Shown: positions 1 to 12,685, counted from the first letter of the stretch. The stretch is DNA of 64,000 nt from Veleropilina oligotropha (GCA_048128005.1 JBEUKZ010000008.1:620001-684000), one strand, 5' to 3'. Made by a program: numbers and translations. The notes: a model not told the origin generated them from the letters alone.

Positions 1-1
1 G

Positions 2-373
2 ACCCTATTCCGCGAGCAAGGGGTCACGATCGTGACTATACTGACCGCGATTGGTATGGCCATCTCGACACTGGTACTAGCCCTAACAGGCGGAGCGCCG
101 AGCATCGCACCAACACCACCACCTCCCAGTGGTAAAGGCGTGAAGGAATGGGTCAAAAAGCAGCTGCAAGCCCTGGGTCGGATTCTGGGCAAACTAGCGG
201 GGAAGGTGGCAGCCGCACTCCCAGGCATGATTGGCAGCCTGCTTTCCTGGCTTATCAACCTGGTTGGCAAGACGGCGTCGTGGCTGGCCGACCACCTGTG
301 GGCTGTGATTATATCTGTCGGGGGCTTGCTTCTGATGGCCGCTAGCCGGTTTGGGGTGCTGCCAGCCAAATGA
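2..373 (+). CDS. C-terminal part of GasderminX-like membrane-active virion protein (copy 1)
   Basis: TLFREQGVTI...KEWVKKQLQALGRILGKLAGK...; near-identical to the C-terminus of 23196-24230. Confidence 0.8.
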   Translation, partial: TLFREQGVTIVTILTAIGMAISTLVLALTGGAPSIAPTPPPPSGKGVKEWVKKQLQALGRILGKLAGKVAAALPGMIGSLLSWLINLVGKTASWLADHLWAVIISVGGLLLMAASRFGVLPAK

Positions 374-1639
374 ACGCTAGGCCAACGACGACGCCACCCA
401 CAATAAGTGCGGTTTTCTCCTCGTCATGTGAGGCAGCTGCCCCCCGGCTGAAACAGCTGCCCCCCGGGGGGCCTCATCGTTTGGATGCTTCGGAGCATCT
501 GCCCGTAAGACTGCGTCTTGTGGAATTACCAGTCCTTTCTCTCCAGTCTCCCCTCCGGCGTTGGGTGGAATACTGGCCGCGTTGACGGTCGTATTAAGAC
601 CGAGTGTCTGGTCTTCCGTGGCAACGACGATCTCGTTGTTATAACCAGCCACCTGACCTATTCGCAGGAGCATGTCACTTGGCGCCATGTACAGGCCCCG
701 GCCGCATACGAAGTCTACCTTGGACCTGGCATACTGTAGCACCTCCTGGTACCTTTTGATTGCTGCTGGGAGGTCCACCGGCGATGCGATGGCATCTTCC
801 ACGTTCGCCAGGAACTGTTTCTGCGCGTCAAATGCCGTCCCACTACCCAGAATGCCTGCACGCGTTTGAGCCTGCGCTCCAAGAATCGCCCAGACGTAGG
901 TCCTGATGGAGTCATTGAGCCTCTCCACGCCGGCCCAGGTAAATCCCGCCGACTTGTCCAGTATAAAGGAAGCCCAGCCGTTTGAAAGGGCAGGCGCTTG
1001 CGCGATGTAGTCCACGTGCAGATTCGAGTTGGTCGTACCTTTTGTGAATGACATTCGGCTTGGATCGTACTCACGTCCTATGGGGTGGTAGCCGTTGTTC
1101 GTCCAGTAGCTGAAAGCGGTGCCGAGCCCTTTATTGGGACCCTCGACTCGCCAGTCGGTATGTGGGGACACTCCGAATTCGCTGCAGATCTTTTCGTATG
1201 CCCTTCGGTCATACGGGGTGTCGAATGCATCCCACGTCCTGTCTTGTGGCAGCGGCGCCTGAATTTCGGTCAGAACCCTTCTGACCTGATAGTAGACGTG
1301 GAAGGTGAATACAGCTCTGGAGAGGGGGTCGGTCGCATTCAAGTGGTCTTCTGCAGAGATCCCGGAACCTGTTGTAGCACACCATACGGCGAAGTTGACT
1401 TGGTTTTGCCAGTACTGCATTGGCGTGCTGTGCCAGGCATGGATTAGCTGGTCACTCGTGACATTTGGAAGGCGGTATTTTTGGAAGACGTCTGGGTAGT
1501 CGGCCCCGAATGCCGAAGATTCAGACGAGGCGACAACGACGCTTGGTTTTGTAAGCTGCTCATCTTGGATCTTTGCTGGGTACACCACACCGGTCGGATA
1601 GGCCGCACTCCCATTAAACGCAAAGGCGCTCTTAGCCAT
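341..1639 (-). pseudogene. Copy-1 homologue of the 431-aa conserved element protein; frameshifted near the C-terminus
   Basis: Starts MAKSAFAF (ATG at 1639) and aligns with 24223-25518. An indel in the C6 run at 440-445 moves the tail out of the HDEEKTALIVGG frame; this could be an assembly homopolymer error. Confidence 0.7.
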
Positions 1640-1643
1640 AGCT

Positions 1644-2378
1644 ATGTTCCACACATTAACAAACATTCAAACGGGGACCGCGGTTGCCCTCCTGCAACCG
1701 ATAGATAACCGGGACGGCAAACTATGCGTCGGCCTGCGCTTGCTCGACTATTGGGTCGGTTGGCATAACGTACACGCAGGAGCCTTCCTCCAAACCCCCG
1801 ATACGACGGTCAAGGTAGCACCGGGTTTCTACAGCTTCGATTCCCTCGCCAAGACAATGAAGAGGTCGCTAGTTAACATACAGCTAGATGTAAACCATGC
1901 TACGGGACTCGCGCGACTCGTGGTTCCAGAGGGGACTCGACTCGCGATAAGCGACGATATAAGGAAGCTCCTCGGCTTAAACCTGTCTTCGTTCATTCTC
2001 GATAAATCGGGGAATCTGAACCCACCCCTTCGAGGAGTACGGGGCCGACCTCCACCTCCGGAGAGATCCGAGTGGCTACGTCCCGGGACGTATGACGGGA
2101 ACAAGCCAGTAGGGTTTGCGATAGCATCGACCCTACACATCCATCTGGAGCAGCTCAGTACGACCCACAACGTGAAGGATGGCGTCCCGAGCAATATTCT
2201 CGCGGTGGTCCCTATAACGTCGCAGATATTCGGCGAGGCTGCCCACTACCACAGTTATCCAGCCCTCCGGCGACTGCAGGCCGGGTCACTCACAGAGTTG
2301 AAGGTGTACATCACAGACTCAGATGGTAACCCGCTCGACAATCACGGTATGCCTATTTCCGCAGTCCTTGAGATATGA
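1644..2378 (+). CDS. Minor capsid (penton-like) protein, copy 1
   Basis: C-terminal LHIHLEQL..N..DG.PSNILAVVPI...LTELKVYITDSDGNPLDNHGMPISAVLEI resembles Polinton minor capsid C-termini; paralogue at 25526-26266. Confidence 0.7.
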   Translation: MFHTLTNIQTGTAVALLQPIDNRDGKLCVGLRLLDYWVGWHNVHAGAFLQTPDTTVKVAPGFYSFDSLAKTMKRSLVNIQLDVNHATGLARLVVPEGTRLAISDDIRKLLGLNLSSFILDKSGNLNPPLRGVRGRPPPPERSEWLRPGTYDGNKPVGFAIASTLHIHLEQLSTTHNVKDGVPSNILAVVPITSQIFGEAAHYHSYPALRRLQAGSLTELKVYITDSDGNPLDNHGMPISAVLEI

Positions 2379-2736
2379 TGAGCAGCATATATGGGACCCT
2401 CCCCCCCTCCCCCTGCTTGCAGATGAGCCTTCCCCGACCCGGTGGCACTTCGTTCTTAATTGTGGGGAAGCGCCCAAGAAGGGGCTGGCGAAGAGGGAGT
2501 TCATGATCCCAAACGCTGGAGGTCGGTTTGGGTTAAACCCAGCCCTCCTAATGATCCACCTGACGCCGGTCCAGCCCGCCGGGGGCCCCAAAGCATGTTC
2601 CATAAGTACGCTTGGCCTGAATTCGGACAGGTTGACCCTCGCCTTCATCATCAAGGCCCCATGGGTAAGCACCTTTTATTTGAACGTTACTGTCGACATT
2701 GGGAATCAACAGGCTGAACAATACAGCCACGAATAA
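2378..2736 (+). pseudogene. Copy-1 homologue of the 115-aa hypothetical protein; frameshifted
   Basis: ATG at 2378 (TGATG overlap). A 14-bp C-rich insert at 2399-2412 relative to 26266-26613 breaks the frame; the downstream peptide is near-identical. Confidence 0.7.
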
Positions 2737-3369
2737 ATGGACAGCAAGCCCTCAGCGCCAACGCTGTACCCACAGCTTGGTGGCGATGTGCCTTCGGAAC
2801 TGCCGGAGGCACAGTCTTTCCGACTACAGAAAGTGAATGAGCTCCAGGGGCAGCTAGAACGAGAACGGGACACAAGGGATGCCCTGTACAAGAAATACCG
2901 ACGAGGCGTTAATGTCGTTGACGGGATCGATTCGGCCCTTGTCGTGGCGACCCTCGGTATGGGTAGCGCCGGCATCGGACTGTTGTCCACGATCGTTGCC
3001 GCACCGGTGGTCCTAGTGCTGGAATTAGCGGCGTTGGGGTGTGGGCTCGCAAGCATGGGGGGGAAATACATTAGCCGCCACCTCCAAGTGAAGGCCAAGA
3101 AGCACAACGAGATTCGAGCCCTGGCCGAAAGCAAGCTGAACACAATCAGCGACCACGTCTCAAAGGCCTTATCGGACGGGGAGATGTCTGATGAAGAGTT
3201 CAAACACGTCACAGACGAGATGGAAAAATATCGGACAATGAAGGCCACGGTTCGCCTCAAAAGTCTAAAGGCGCACACCGCAGTTTCACAAACCCAGAGC
3301 GAGCTTCTTGAGCGTGGTCGCAAAGAGGGACGCGCAGAGCTACTTAAAAAAATCGGGGCTGGCGACTAA
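2737..3369 (+). CDS. 210-aa two-TM/coiled-coil element protein with N-terminal PSAP and LYPxL motifs (copy 1)
   Basis: Intact ORF, central hydrophobic hairpin, paralogue at 26613-27245. Confidence 0.8.
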   Translation: MDSKPSAPTLYPQLGGDVPSELPEAQSFRLQKVNELQGQLERERDTRDALYKKYRRGVNVVDGIDSALVVATLGMGSAGIGLLSTIVAAPVVLVLELAALGCGLASMGGKYISRHLQVKAKKHNEIRALAESKLNTISDHVSKALSDGEMSDEEFKHVTDEMEKYRTMKATVRLKSLKAHTAVSQTQSELLERGRKEGRAELLKKIGAGD

Positions 3370-3464
3370 CCATCCAGGTAGATCGTGGGGTGGAGCGTGG
3401 GGTGGGTGGGGACCCCCCTCCCCCGTATTGAAGCTTGAACTGGACAGTGATATCTGGACAAGCC

Positions 3465-3890
3465 ATGAACTCCATGAAATCCATGCATTGCCGCGGTGTG
3501 CTGGCTAGCGGGTGCCACCACCCCCGGAGGGGGCGAGTCGTCACACAATACCGCATTAATTCTCGAACACACATGGGCTAGGTATCGCAACCACCCCAGG
3601 TATAACGCCCGATTTGACCCCATCCGAAGAAACCTGCGACTACGCCTGGGAGACCCCCCTGATGTTTCCCCACCGTCGTGTCACTACTATGTTATCGGGG
3701 AGAATGACTGTGGCCCTCCCACACCCCCAGATACTGTCACATGTGTCCAGTGTTCGGCCCCCTCCCTATGTCCTGGCAAAATGGGGAGTATTACACCATG
3801 CTGTCTGGCTGCTTCGGTGCGTGGAGAAAAATCGGACATCACTCGCCCTGTAATTGCACTTTAATATCGGGCAACTATATATTTATATAA
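3465..3890 (+). pseudogene. Copy-1 homologue of the secreted Cys-rich protein; frameshifted
   Basis: 8-bp deletion in the signal-peptide codons and a 1-bp loss in the A run near 3778-3781. Joining the frames gives ...HHSPCNCTLISGNYIFI*, matching 27328-27744. Confidence 0.7.
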
Positions 3891-6800
3891 ACAGCTGTGA
3901 CCTTCTACATTTTTCAGGTCGCTCTCGTCGATCCATTGTCAGATTTATGAATGAAATACCTCGCAGTGCATGTATCAATGGGTAATTGTTTGCGTTTAAT
4001 GCCTAGTCGCGAACAGTGCCCATGGATACCTTCACATCCTGGTCGCGTGTATTATTAGGCGAATCGCAAACAGAAATTTCATGCTGTCGATACTAACCTC
4101 GCCGAGGTTAGCCCAGATAAAACTATTTGGTCCCGATAAAATATTTTTGTCACCAAACTTCCGGTTAGCACAGAAAAAAGATTTTGGTCCCCTTGTTTAC
4201 GTGGGGACAGTATTCGTGTCGACTCATTGTCACGTGGCAATACAGATTCTAGAATGATCAGAGATCTCTAGGCCAGCTCTATGAATAGACCAGACAGCTC
4301 GGCCCACATAGACTATTCTAAGCTACCTAGTTCAGGACGGCCGGATTATTACAAAAAACCTCCGCCCTAACGAAAAAACGACCCCTGCCCTGATCAGACG
4401 GGGGGTGGGAGCCTCCACCCCCGGGGACCTGGGCCCCACCCTAACTTCCCCTGAAATCACCCTGGGGGTATAGATTACGAGCCCCCCTCAGTTCTGAAAT
4501 AGGGCTGGGAGCCTTATTTTCCCATTCTAAAAAGTCCGATCACCCCCCTGCTGCTGCTGCCAGTTCTGAACAGGTGCTGGGAGCCTTATTTCCCCATTCT
4601 AAAAAGTGCATTCACCCCCCCCCCCCCCCCCCTGCTGCTGTTCCTGTGTAGGCGATGTCGCCCTTGTAACATTATTATAATAAGATAAATATATATATAA
4701 TAATAATACAATGTAAAGAAAGTAGTGTAGTGTTTAATTCAGTTTTTGTAAATAAGATACTAGCAATGATATTTGCAATTGGGCATTCATATAGATTCAT
4801 GTCATGGCAAATCTACGTGAAAATAGAAATGGATAAATAGTGATGTTTGTTGCTTTTGTGATACTGGTTGCTAGTATTGGGCAATTTGTGTTTTGATTAT
4901 GCTGGTCGTGAATGCTTGTAAAGATGAAATATTTTTTTGTCTTGTTGATAAGCGTCCCCACAAAGCTGGCATTTTACATAAATAACTGCGATTATATATA
5001 GCCCTATTGTGGCGTTGTATTACTGGATCGTGTCTACTGCGTGTGTTGTAGTGATGCACATGTGAATTTGTAACAAATATATTGTGTATTTGTATTGGTA
5101 ATTTTTGTGATCATATTATAGCCAAGTTTATATAAATCGAGGTCGATCATGTCTGTTATCTTTAATATTTTTAAACTTTTGAAGATGTAATTTGTGTGCT
5201 AGTTATACTTAGCATTTACAATGAGTTTAACACATTTTTTTGTAATTTAAACAATTTGTTTATATGCTCTTTTTTAATTAATGGACCCCATAGAGACAAA
5301 CCATACGTTAATTGACAATGTATTGTAGCAAAATACAAAGATCTTTTTATTTTAATGGGCAATTTGTTTTTGCAGCATCGTAGAGTATATATGCTTCTAA
5401 GTAATTTATTATAAATATATTTGAAATGATCGCAAAAATTTAGATTTTCATCAATAATGACACCTAGGAATTTTGTAGATTTTGCTTCTTGCACTACATT
5501 TCCATCTAGTAATAATTGTGAGTCACTATTGTGTGGTTCACGTGCTTTCTGTTTAAATAATATATAATTTGTTTTACTAATATTTAAGTTCAATTTGTTG
5601 CTTTTAAGCCAGTTACTCAATATTTTTAAATCTTTATTTACATTTTTAAACAATTCAATTAACGATTTGTTACTGTCATATTTAGTTGTGTCATCTGCAA
5701 AATTTTTTAATTTCAGGATGGTCAAACATTTATTTAAATCATTAATATATAGCAAAAATAATAACGGTCTAAAACTGACCCCTGTGGCACTCCATATTGC
5801 ACATTTTGATACGTAGATAGTGTTATTTCCTGTGTGGTGTCATTAAATAATTTGACACGTTGTTGTCGGTTTGATAAATAGGTTTTAAACCATCTGTTTG
5901 AAAGACCTCTGATCCCATAGAAATTTAATTTAGTAAGTAATATGTCATGATCAATTGTGTCAAATGCTTTAGACAAATCTAAGAATAAAGCTAGAGTATA
6001 CTTTTGATCTTCGAAACCTGCTATAATATGATTTAGGAGTTCAGTTATTGCATCGATGGTGTTATGATTTTTTCTAAATCCATATTGAATGTTGCTAGTT
6101 ATTAAAAAGGAATATAATCGTTTATGAATTATCTTTTCGAAAACTTTTGATACAGCGGGCAGAAGTGATGTAGGTCTATAGTTGGCAATCAAATGCTTAT
6201 CTATATTTTTGTAGAATTGGAACCACTTCCGCTAATTTCATTCCTTGTGGAAAAACACCAGTTTCAATTGATTTATTAAATATTGTTACAAGTGGTTTAT
6301 TAATTGAATGACGTAATTGTTTTAAGAGTACATTATTTATGTTGTCATGCCCGCTACTATTTTTACTTTTTAGGCTTTGAATAGTTTCTGTCACTTCAGC
6401 TATGTCAGTCGGAGACAACAACAAATTCAATTGTATTCTATCGGTTAAGTAATTGTTGTATGATGTGTCTGCGGTTGGTATTTTACTCGCCGTCTCTTTT
6501 CCTATTGTGGAAAAATAATTACAAAATTTATCGCCTATTTAAGTTTGGTTTTCAATTTTAAGCCCATCGCTGTTTTTAAAACTAGGTATTCCAGATTTGT
6601 TGTTATGCTTGCCAATTATGTTGTTAATGGTGCCACACAGTTTCTTTGAATCATTTTTATATTTTATTATTCTTTCGTTATAATATTGATTTTTTGCGTT
6701 TCTCTTTATTTTATTGTACCATATTTCTATAAGTAACATATGTTTTATAAGATGTATCTGTTTTTGCTGCCCTATGGATTTTCGATACAGAAGATCACAT

Positions 6801-9620
6801 TCTTTGGAACATTTAATTAATCCTTTTGTCATGAATGCATTGTTTATTATGTTTCTAGGATAAATTGTTATTTGTTTTTCTGGTGCAATGTGATCTAGTG
6901 CATTGACAATTATATCAGAATATTTATTGAATTCGTCATCTGCATCGAGTGAATTTAGCACATCCCAGTCAAAATTATAAAAATAGTTATTTAGTTTTAA
7001 GATTTTTTGGTCGGTTAAACTTCGTGTTGTTATCGTTTTTGGTGCCTTTTGTCTTTTACCGTGTATATCTAAGCTAAACATGGTAAGTGGTCTGATATAT
7101 GTGTTGTTAAAATGGCTGATTTATACTTTTTAGCAATGCTGTTTGTTATGTATATATTATCTATAAGCGTAGCGCTGTGGTGTGTAATGCGTGTAGGGCG
7201 GGTTATTAATAGTAAAATGCCGTATGATAAATTAGTCTCTAAAAATCTATCCGTGTTTGCATGCGACTTAATTTTGAGGAAATCGAGATTCTGATCAATT
7301 CCAATTATAATATTTTTTCCCTCTTCCTTAATTAATTGAAGTATATTTTTATATTCGGAAATAAAATTATTTCCATCGGTCCCTGGTACCCTGTATATCT
7401 CTCCAATAACAATTTTCTTATTTGATTTCGTGTTTATCTCGACGAATATCGAAGGTTTCACAAATCAAAATAATATCTATTGGGTATCCATTTTCACTGG
7501 TCTTGGTAAGTAGTTCTTTTAGTTGGTCAATTTTGTCGGGTGAGCTGTGAATATTTAAGTGTAGGATATATGTTGAATTTTTAAGATTTAGTTTGTGTAG
7601 CTCATTAGGGTCATAATAGTCGCACATGTCATTTAAAGGCATGTCAGCGTCTAATATATGATTTAAGTTTTTTGTGGGGTCGCTTTGTAATTCATTTATT
7701 ATGTTTGTATTCATAGGCTGTTTCAATGTAATTGATTATCGTCTTAGCACAACAGAACCAGCAATCACAAAACACAATGCGTTGATAAATATTAAAAATG
7801 TTTGATGGAGAATCTGTAATAATTGGGGTTTTCTTTGAGGGTATGATTTCTGTGAAAATGAAAGTAAACGCGTGGAATAATTTAAGTGACATCATTATGG
7901 TTTCGTGTGGGTGTGGTGTGGGCTATACATATGTCGTTAAACTACATTTATGTGTTCATATTTGTCACAATATAATCGTAGCATACTTTCACCTTCGGCA
8001 TGGATTATGGTTTATACTTTGAACAAGAAAAAAAACGTGACAAACCTATTTCTGAGCACAACATCTCATACACATATCTAGATCCTATTTCGCACATATA
8101 TTATATAGAATAGCATGAACATATATACAGATATACATAAACATAATACATTATACATATACAATTTAATATTGCATGGTTGTGATAGGGTTTAATGACA
8201 CCACTTGTTCATTCTTCAGAGGGCAATTTAACTTTTAATGAACGCTTTAAATGTTACCCCATACAATGAATCGGAGGAACAAGAAAGTCCATTTATGTTT
8301 TTATATCTCCATAACTCAGATCTTTGTCGTTGTGGTTCAAAATTATTTTAGTATCATCATGCATTTTGCTTTACATATCTATATTTATTAACGATATACA
8401 AAAATTGAAATATTTGATTTCACGTGAGGTTTGAATGATCCAATTTACTATTTTATATATCGAGCAATTGTTTGATTTGTTAATAATGTGTAATATCTCA
8501 TTTGCGAACGGCTTGGATACTTTGTACAAAAAACAAGTTTGATAAACATTTTACAAAGCACACCATGCCATAAGTAAATTCAAGTCTTATTTTTATACAT
8601 ATGTTATATACAGAAATATATACGCGCATATATGTGGATATTCATGAAAACATATAATTATATAATAATAATAATAATAACATTGTTTGGATATGAATTT
8701 AAGGACCACGTCAACAATGTTTTCATCGGATTATTTGCCTATGAAAATGACAGGAATGTATGCTCTCTGTGATGGTTGAGACTATCAAGAAAGACTTTGC
8801 GATCGACTGGGGTATAGGCTAGTGGTTAATACTTTGAACAAAATAAGTTTGATAAAACTGTCCTAGATAGATCCAAGACATGTTTTATGCATATGTATAC
8901 AGATAGACATAAACATATTGACTAATATTAATATATTTGTTTGAATGTGAAGAGTTTCATGCCAATGTTAACATTTTTCATTTGGTGGTTATTTGTCTTA
9001 AAAAAAAACCAAAACATGACAGTAATTTATGCTTTATAATCATAAATGTAAGGGATAAGAGGAACAGGGAAGACGAAATTATTTAGACACTTGGTGTATG
9101 AACTCGGGTCTATGTCATGGTTCAATATTATATAAAATTTGCTGCGTATAACGGACATGATGTACGTGATAAAAATTTCCCGGCCCACCCGGTGATAACA
9201 CTCAAGACAATGTCGTTCAAGTTCAGCATTTCAGCATCATATTGAATTTGTGCTGTGTAGCATGGACACGAGAAGAGATGTCCGGCATGCCCGAATATCA
9301 AACCTCAGGTCTCTGTCTTTGTGTCTCAGCAAAATATGACCACTGAACGACGACAGTCAACATCATACTGATTATATTTTAATTTATAATATGGATGTAA
9401 AAAATTTGCAGTATATGTGCCAAAACTAGTAATTGTTACGCTTCAATTTCGAATTTTACATTTAAAAATCGATGGGAAAGGAGTTTGTTATATCCTCAAT
9501 GTCCCTTGCATAGATAGGGCTACTGTCGACCGACATCTTGTAAAATGCCCGACCGTCCGATGTCCAAAAATTTGTAATATATTTGTTTTTATGGAGCCAA
9601 TTTAATTTCGAAATCATAAA

Positions 9621-11559
9621 CGTTGGAAACGATACAGAGAGTCACGCGACACAGATGAGCACCAAAAATATAAAGAATGTGAGAAAGAAAGTAAAAAAGA
9701 AATCCGAGCAGCCAAAAAAGCTTTTGAAGAAAAGTTAGCAGAAAACATCAAGGAAAACCCCAAATCTTTTTATGCTTATATTAGGTCAAAACAAAAAACA
9801 AAAGATGTCGTAGGTCCCCTGAACGATGAACATGGAAATATAATATCCGATGATGCACAAATCGCAGAATCCCTTAACAAATATTTTGCATCTGTTTATA
9901 CTATTGAGGACACGATAAACATTCCACCGGTAAAACTTATTTATGAAGATCATGAAACATTTTGTGAAAGTATTGAAATTACTACGGAAATGGTTGAAAA
10001 AAAGATAAGCTTACTAAATGTCAGTAAAGCTCCAGGTCCAGACAGCATATATCCCAAATTGCTAAAATTCGGTAAAGATGAATTAGCAAAGCCTTTAGCC
10101 CTGATATTCAATAAAACTCTACAAGAAGGCAGCTTGCCTGATGACTGGAAGACTGGAAATATTACCCCAATCTTTAAAAAAGGTAGTCGATCAAATACCC
10201 AAAATTATCGACCTGTTAGTCTGACATCAATAGTAGGCAAAATAATGAAATCCATCTTAAAGGATGTTATCTTAAAACACATAAATAAATTTGGCCTTCT
10301 AAACCTAAGTCAGCATGGGTTTATGGAAAAAAGATCTTGTTTAACAAACTTACTGGAATTTTTTGAAGATGTAACAAGTGCAATTGACAATGGCAAACCA
10401 GTTGATATCATATATCTTGATTTTCAGAAAGCATTCGATAAAGTACCACATAAACGACTATTACAAAAATTAAGTAACCATGGCATTAAAGGCCAAATAC
10501 TAAATTGGATATGTAAGTGGCTAGAAAATAGAAAACAGAGGGTTGTAATAAATGGGGTAAAGTCAGAATGGAAACCAGTACTAAGTGGAGTCCCACAAGG
10601 TTCTGTGTTGGGACCATTGTTGTTTCTCATATATTTAAATGATATTGATGACGTCATTACATCGCTAGTAAAAAAGTTTGCAGACGATACCAAGCTGTAC
10701 AGAATTATCGAAACAGAAGAAGATGCAAAGAAACTTCAAGGTGATTTAAATAATGTGATAAAATGGTCTGAGGACTGGCAAATGGTTTCCAACACCAGCA
10801 AATGTAAAGTAATGCATGTGGGTTATAATAACAATACCTATAATTATGAAATGGGTTCAGAAGCTTTACAAGAAATGGCCAAAGAAAAAGATTTGGGTGT
10901 ATGGGTAGACAAGACATTTAAACCATCAAATCAATGTGCAGAGTCAGCTAAAAAGGGAAATCAAATATTGGGAATGATAAAGAGAAATTTTAATTTTAAA
11001 TCTAAAGCCATCATAACTCGCCTATACAAGCAAATGGTTAGACCGCATTTAGAATATGCAGTGCAAGCATGGTGTCCATATCTTGCTAAGGATATCAATA
11101 TAATAGAACAAGTTCAAAGAAGAGCCACAAAATTGATAGGAGAATTGAGAGAATTACCTTACGAGGAGAGACTAAGAGCTCTGAACCTCACAACATTATC
11201 TTTGAGAAGGATAAGAGGTGATATGATTCAGGTTTTTAAAATGTTTACAGGAAAAGTCAACGTTGACAATAGTTTCTTTTTTCAGATGAACCAAAGGCAT
11301 ACCCGGGGGCATCAATACAAGATTTACAAAAAACGATTCCGACTAGACGTTAGAAAACACTTTTTCTCAAATCGGGTTGTCGATGAATGGAATGCTCTTC
11401 CTAATAATGTAGTGGAATCGACATCTGTAAACCAATTTAAAAATCGCCTAGATGAACATTTTAAGAAGAAGGGCAGGTTATAGAGGACAAGACAACTCAA
11501 TGGGTTTTTATATGAGTGGCAGTAATGCGCTTTCTAAACCCAAACAAATTCTATTTAAA
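9621..11559 (+). mobile_element. 5'-truncated CR1 LINE inserted into ORF1 of the decayed LINE
   Basis: Removing 9621-11559 restores the host ORF1 reading (..KYRVF|MISKLNW..). TAAA is present at both junctions. The 3' end matches the CR1 end at 63695-64000. Confidence 0.88.
9990..11483 (+). CDS. CR1 reverse transcriptase (N-terminally truncated ORF2)
   Basis: YLDFQKAFDKVPH, SGVPQGSVLGPLLF, FADDTKLY, RPHLEYAVQAW, FFSNRVVDEWN. The frame appears to continue upstream to 9621. Confidence 0.92.
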   Translation: MVEKKISLLNVSKAPGPDSIYPKLLKFGKDELAKPLALIFNKTLQEGSLPDDWKTGNITPIFKKGSRSNTQNYRPVSLTSIVGKIMKSILKDVILKHINKFGLLNLSQHGFMEKRSCLTNLLEFFEDVTSAIDNGKPVDIIYLDFQKAFDKVPHKRLLQKLSNHGIKGQILNWICKWLENRKQRVVINGVKSEWKPVLSGVPQGSVLGPLLFLIYLNDIDDVITSLVKKFADDTKLYRIIETEEDAKKLQGDLNNVIKWSEDWQMVSNTSKCKVMHVGYNNNTYNYEMGSEALQEMAKEKDLGVWVDKTFKPSNQCAESAKKGNQILGMIKRNFNFKSKAIITRLYKQMVRPHLEYAVQAWCPYLAKDINIIEQVQRRATKLIGELRELPYEERLRALNLTTLSLRRIRGDMIQVFKMFTGKVNVDNSFFFQMNQRHTRGHQYKIYKKRFRLDVRKHFFSNRVVDEWNALPNNVVESTSVNQFKNRLDEHFKKKGRL

Positions 11560-12685
11560 AACTCGATATTTTGTTAAATCTTCGACAATATATATGTTTC
11601 CTGGGTAGTTTTTCATCGATCTTTTCCCATGATATACTTGGCTTCGTATTCTGTAGTTGGAAAATTTGCAGATGATAGAGACTCTGCCTTTATATTCTGG
11701 TTTATCAACCAAGTGGGATCTGTCGATATCAACAAGCGATATCGGGATTTGAAGACCCTTTGCGCACGCATTTATGATATAGCTGTCAGTGTCTAGTATA
11801 GATCTGTCTCCTCTCACTGTTCTCGTCGGGATGCTTTCGACAGGTATTTTTGAATCTCAGAGAACTTCTTCGACTGTATTGCTCTAAATCGTCTATACAT
11901 ATTTCCGCTTTATTTAGCCTCATGCTTTGGTTCTTTAGCGAATTTTGTTGCTCATCGATAATTTCCTTTTGTTGTTCAATGTTTGGTGTTAACAGTTTTA
12001 TTTCCTGGCGTTTATCACTTTCTCTCACTAAAAACGTCTCCAGCATATGGGATAGTTTCTCTATTTTTCATTTTGAGCGGATATGATGGACATCAATGGC
12101 GCTGTGGCCTTTTCTTTAGTTGTGTTGATCAACTGAAGGAGACCAGGGGTTAATATGCGATCGAGCTGCATTTCGTCGTTGACTCCTCTTGAATTGTTGG
12201 GGTATTTCTTGTTTGTTTAGTTATTTTGGCTGATGGTTCAATGCCCGGCGAGGTTCAGTCACGTTTCTCGCGGTCCTTCACGGCTGACTTGCCTGGTGTT
12301 GTTTTGTCCTGGGTGACAATCGATGAAGGGTGTTAATTTGTATTAACACTTTTGGTATTTGCCTTAGTTGTTGATTTGGAGCTCATGTTGAAACGTAAGA
12401 GACAGTAGTGGTGTTAATTTGTACAATTTGGCGCACAAGTAATTCAACCAGATCGTAAACGTTCTGATGCAAAGTCAATATGTTCAACTTAACACGACAT
12501 CTTTTCTATATAATAATAAATTCAAATTTGTATCTTGATTGGTTACATAACACGCGTACTATTTGTTGGATATAGTAGCTGCATATGACAAGAATATACT
12601 TGTTTGTATATGTATTAATCGTCAATCATATTCACAATGTTCACAAGCGAAATTTAAAGTTTGACATAACGTCTCTTACTCACTT

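Larger units (their letters stand above)
1..4639 (+). mobile_element. Right-hand part of a Polinton/adintovirus-like element (copy 1; left part lies outside the window)
   Basis: Same gene order as, and high similarity to, ~23870-28103. Ends in the same terminal motif (...ttcccattctaaaaagt...ccccctgctgct at 4639), present twice in tandem (about 4490-4560 and 4561-4639). Predicted TSD GTTCC at 4640-4644 cannot be confirmed because the left end is missing. Confidence 0.9.
4645..12680 (-). mobile_element. Near full-length decayed CR1/L2-group LINE (ORF1 plus frameshifted APE-RT ORF2), interrupted by a CR1
   Basis: ORF2 fragments from about 7730 down to 4871 carry endonuclease (ICET, ISDHLP) and RT motifs (FLDLSKAFDTIDH, YGVPQG, FADDT). 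ORF1 fragments from 12386 to about 9450 carry DDLEQYSRR, IDRSH, IYIVEDLT, FWTSDG. Boundaries approximate. Confidence 0.8.

Noticed and set aside
12679..12685. 6-7-bp TSD (CTCACTT)
   Set aside because: On the right side the extra CT is the element's own terminal dinucleotide; symmetric AG...CT ends give a 5-bp CACTT TSD
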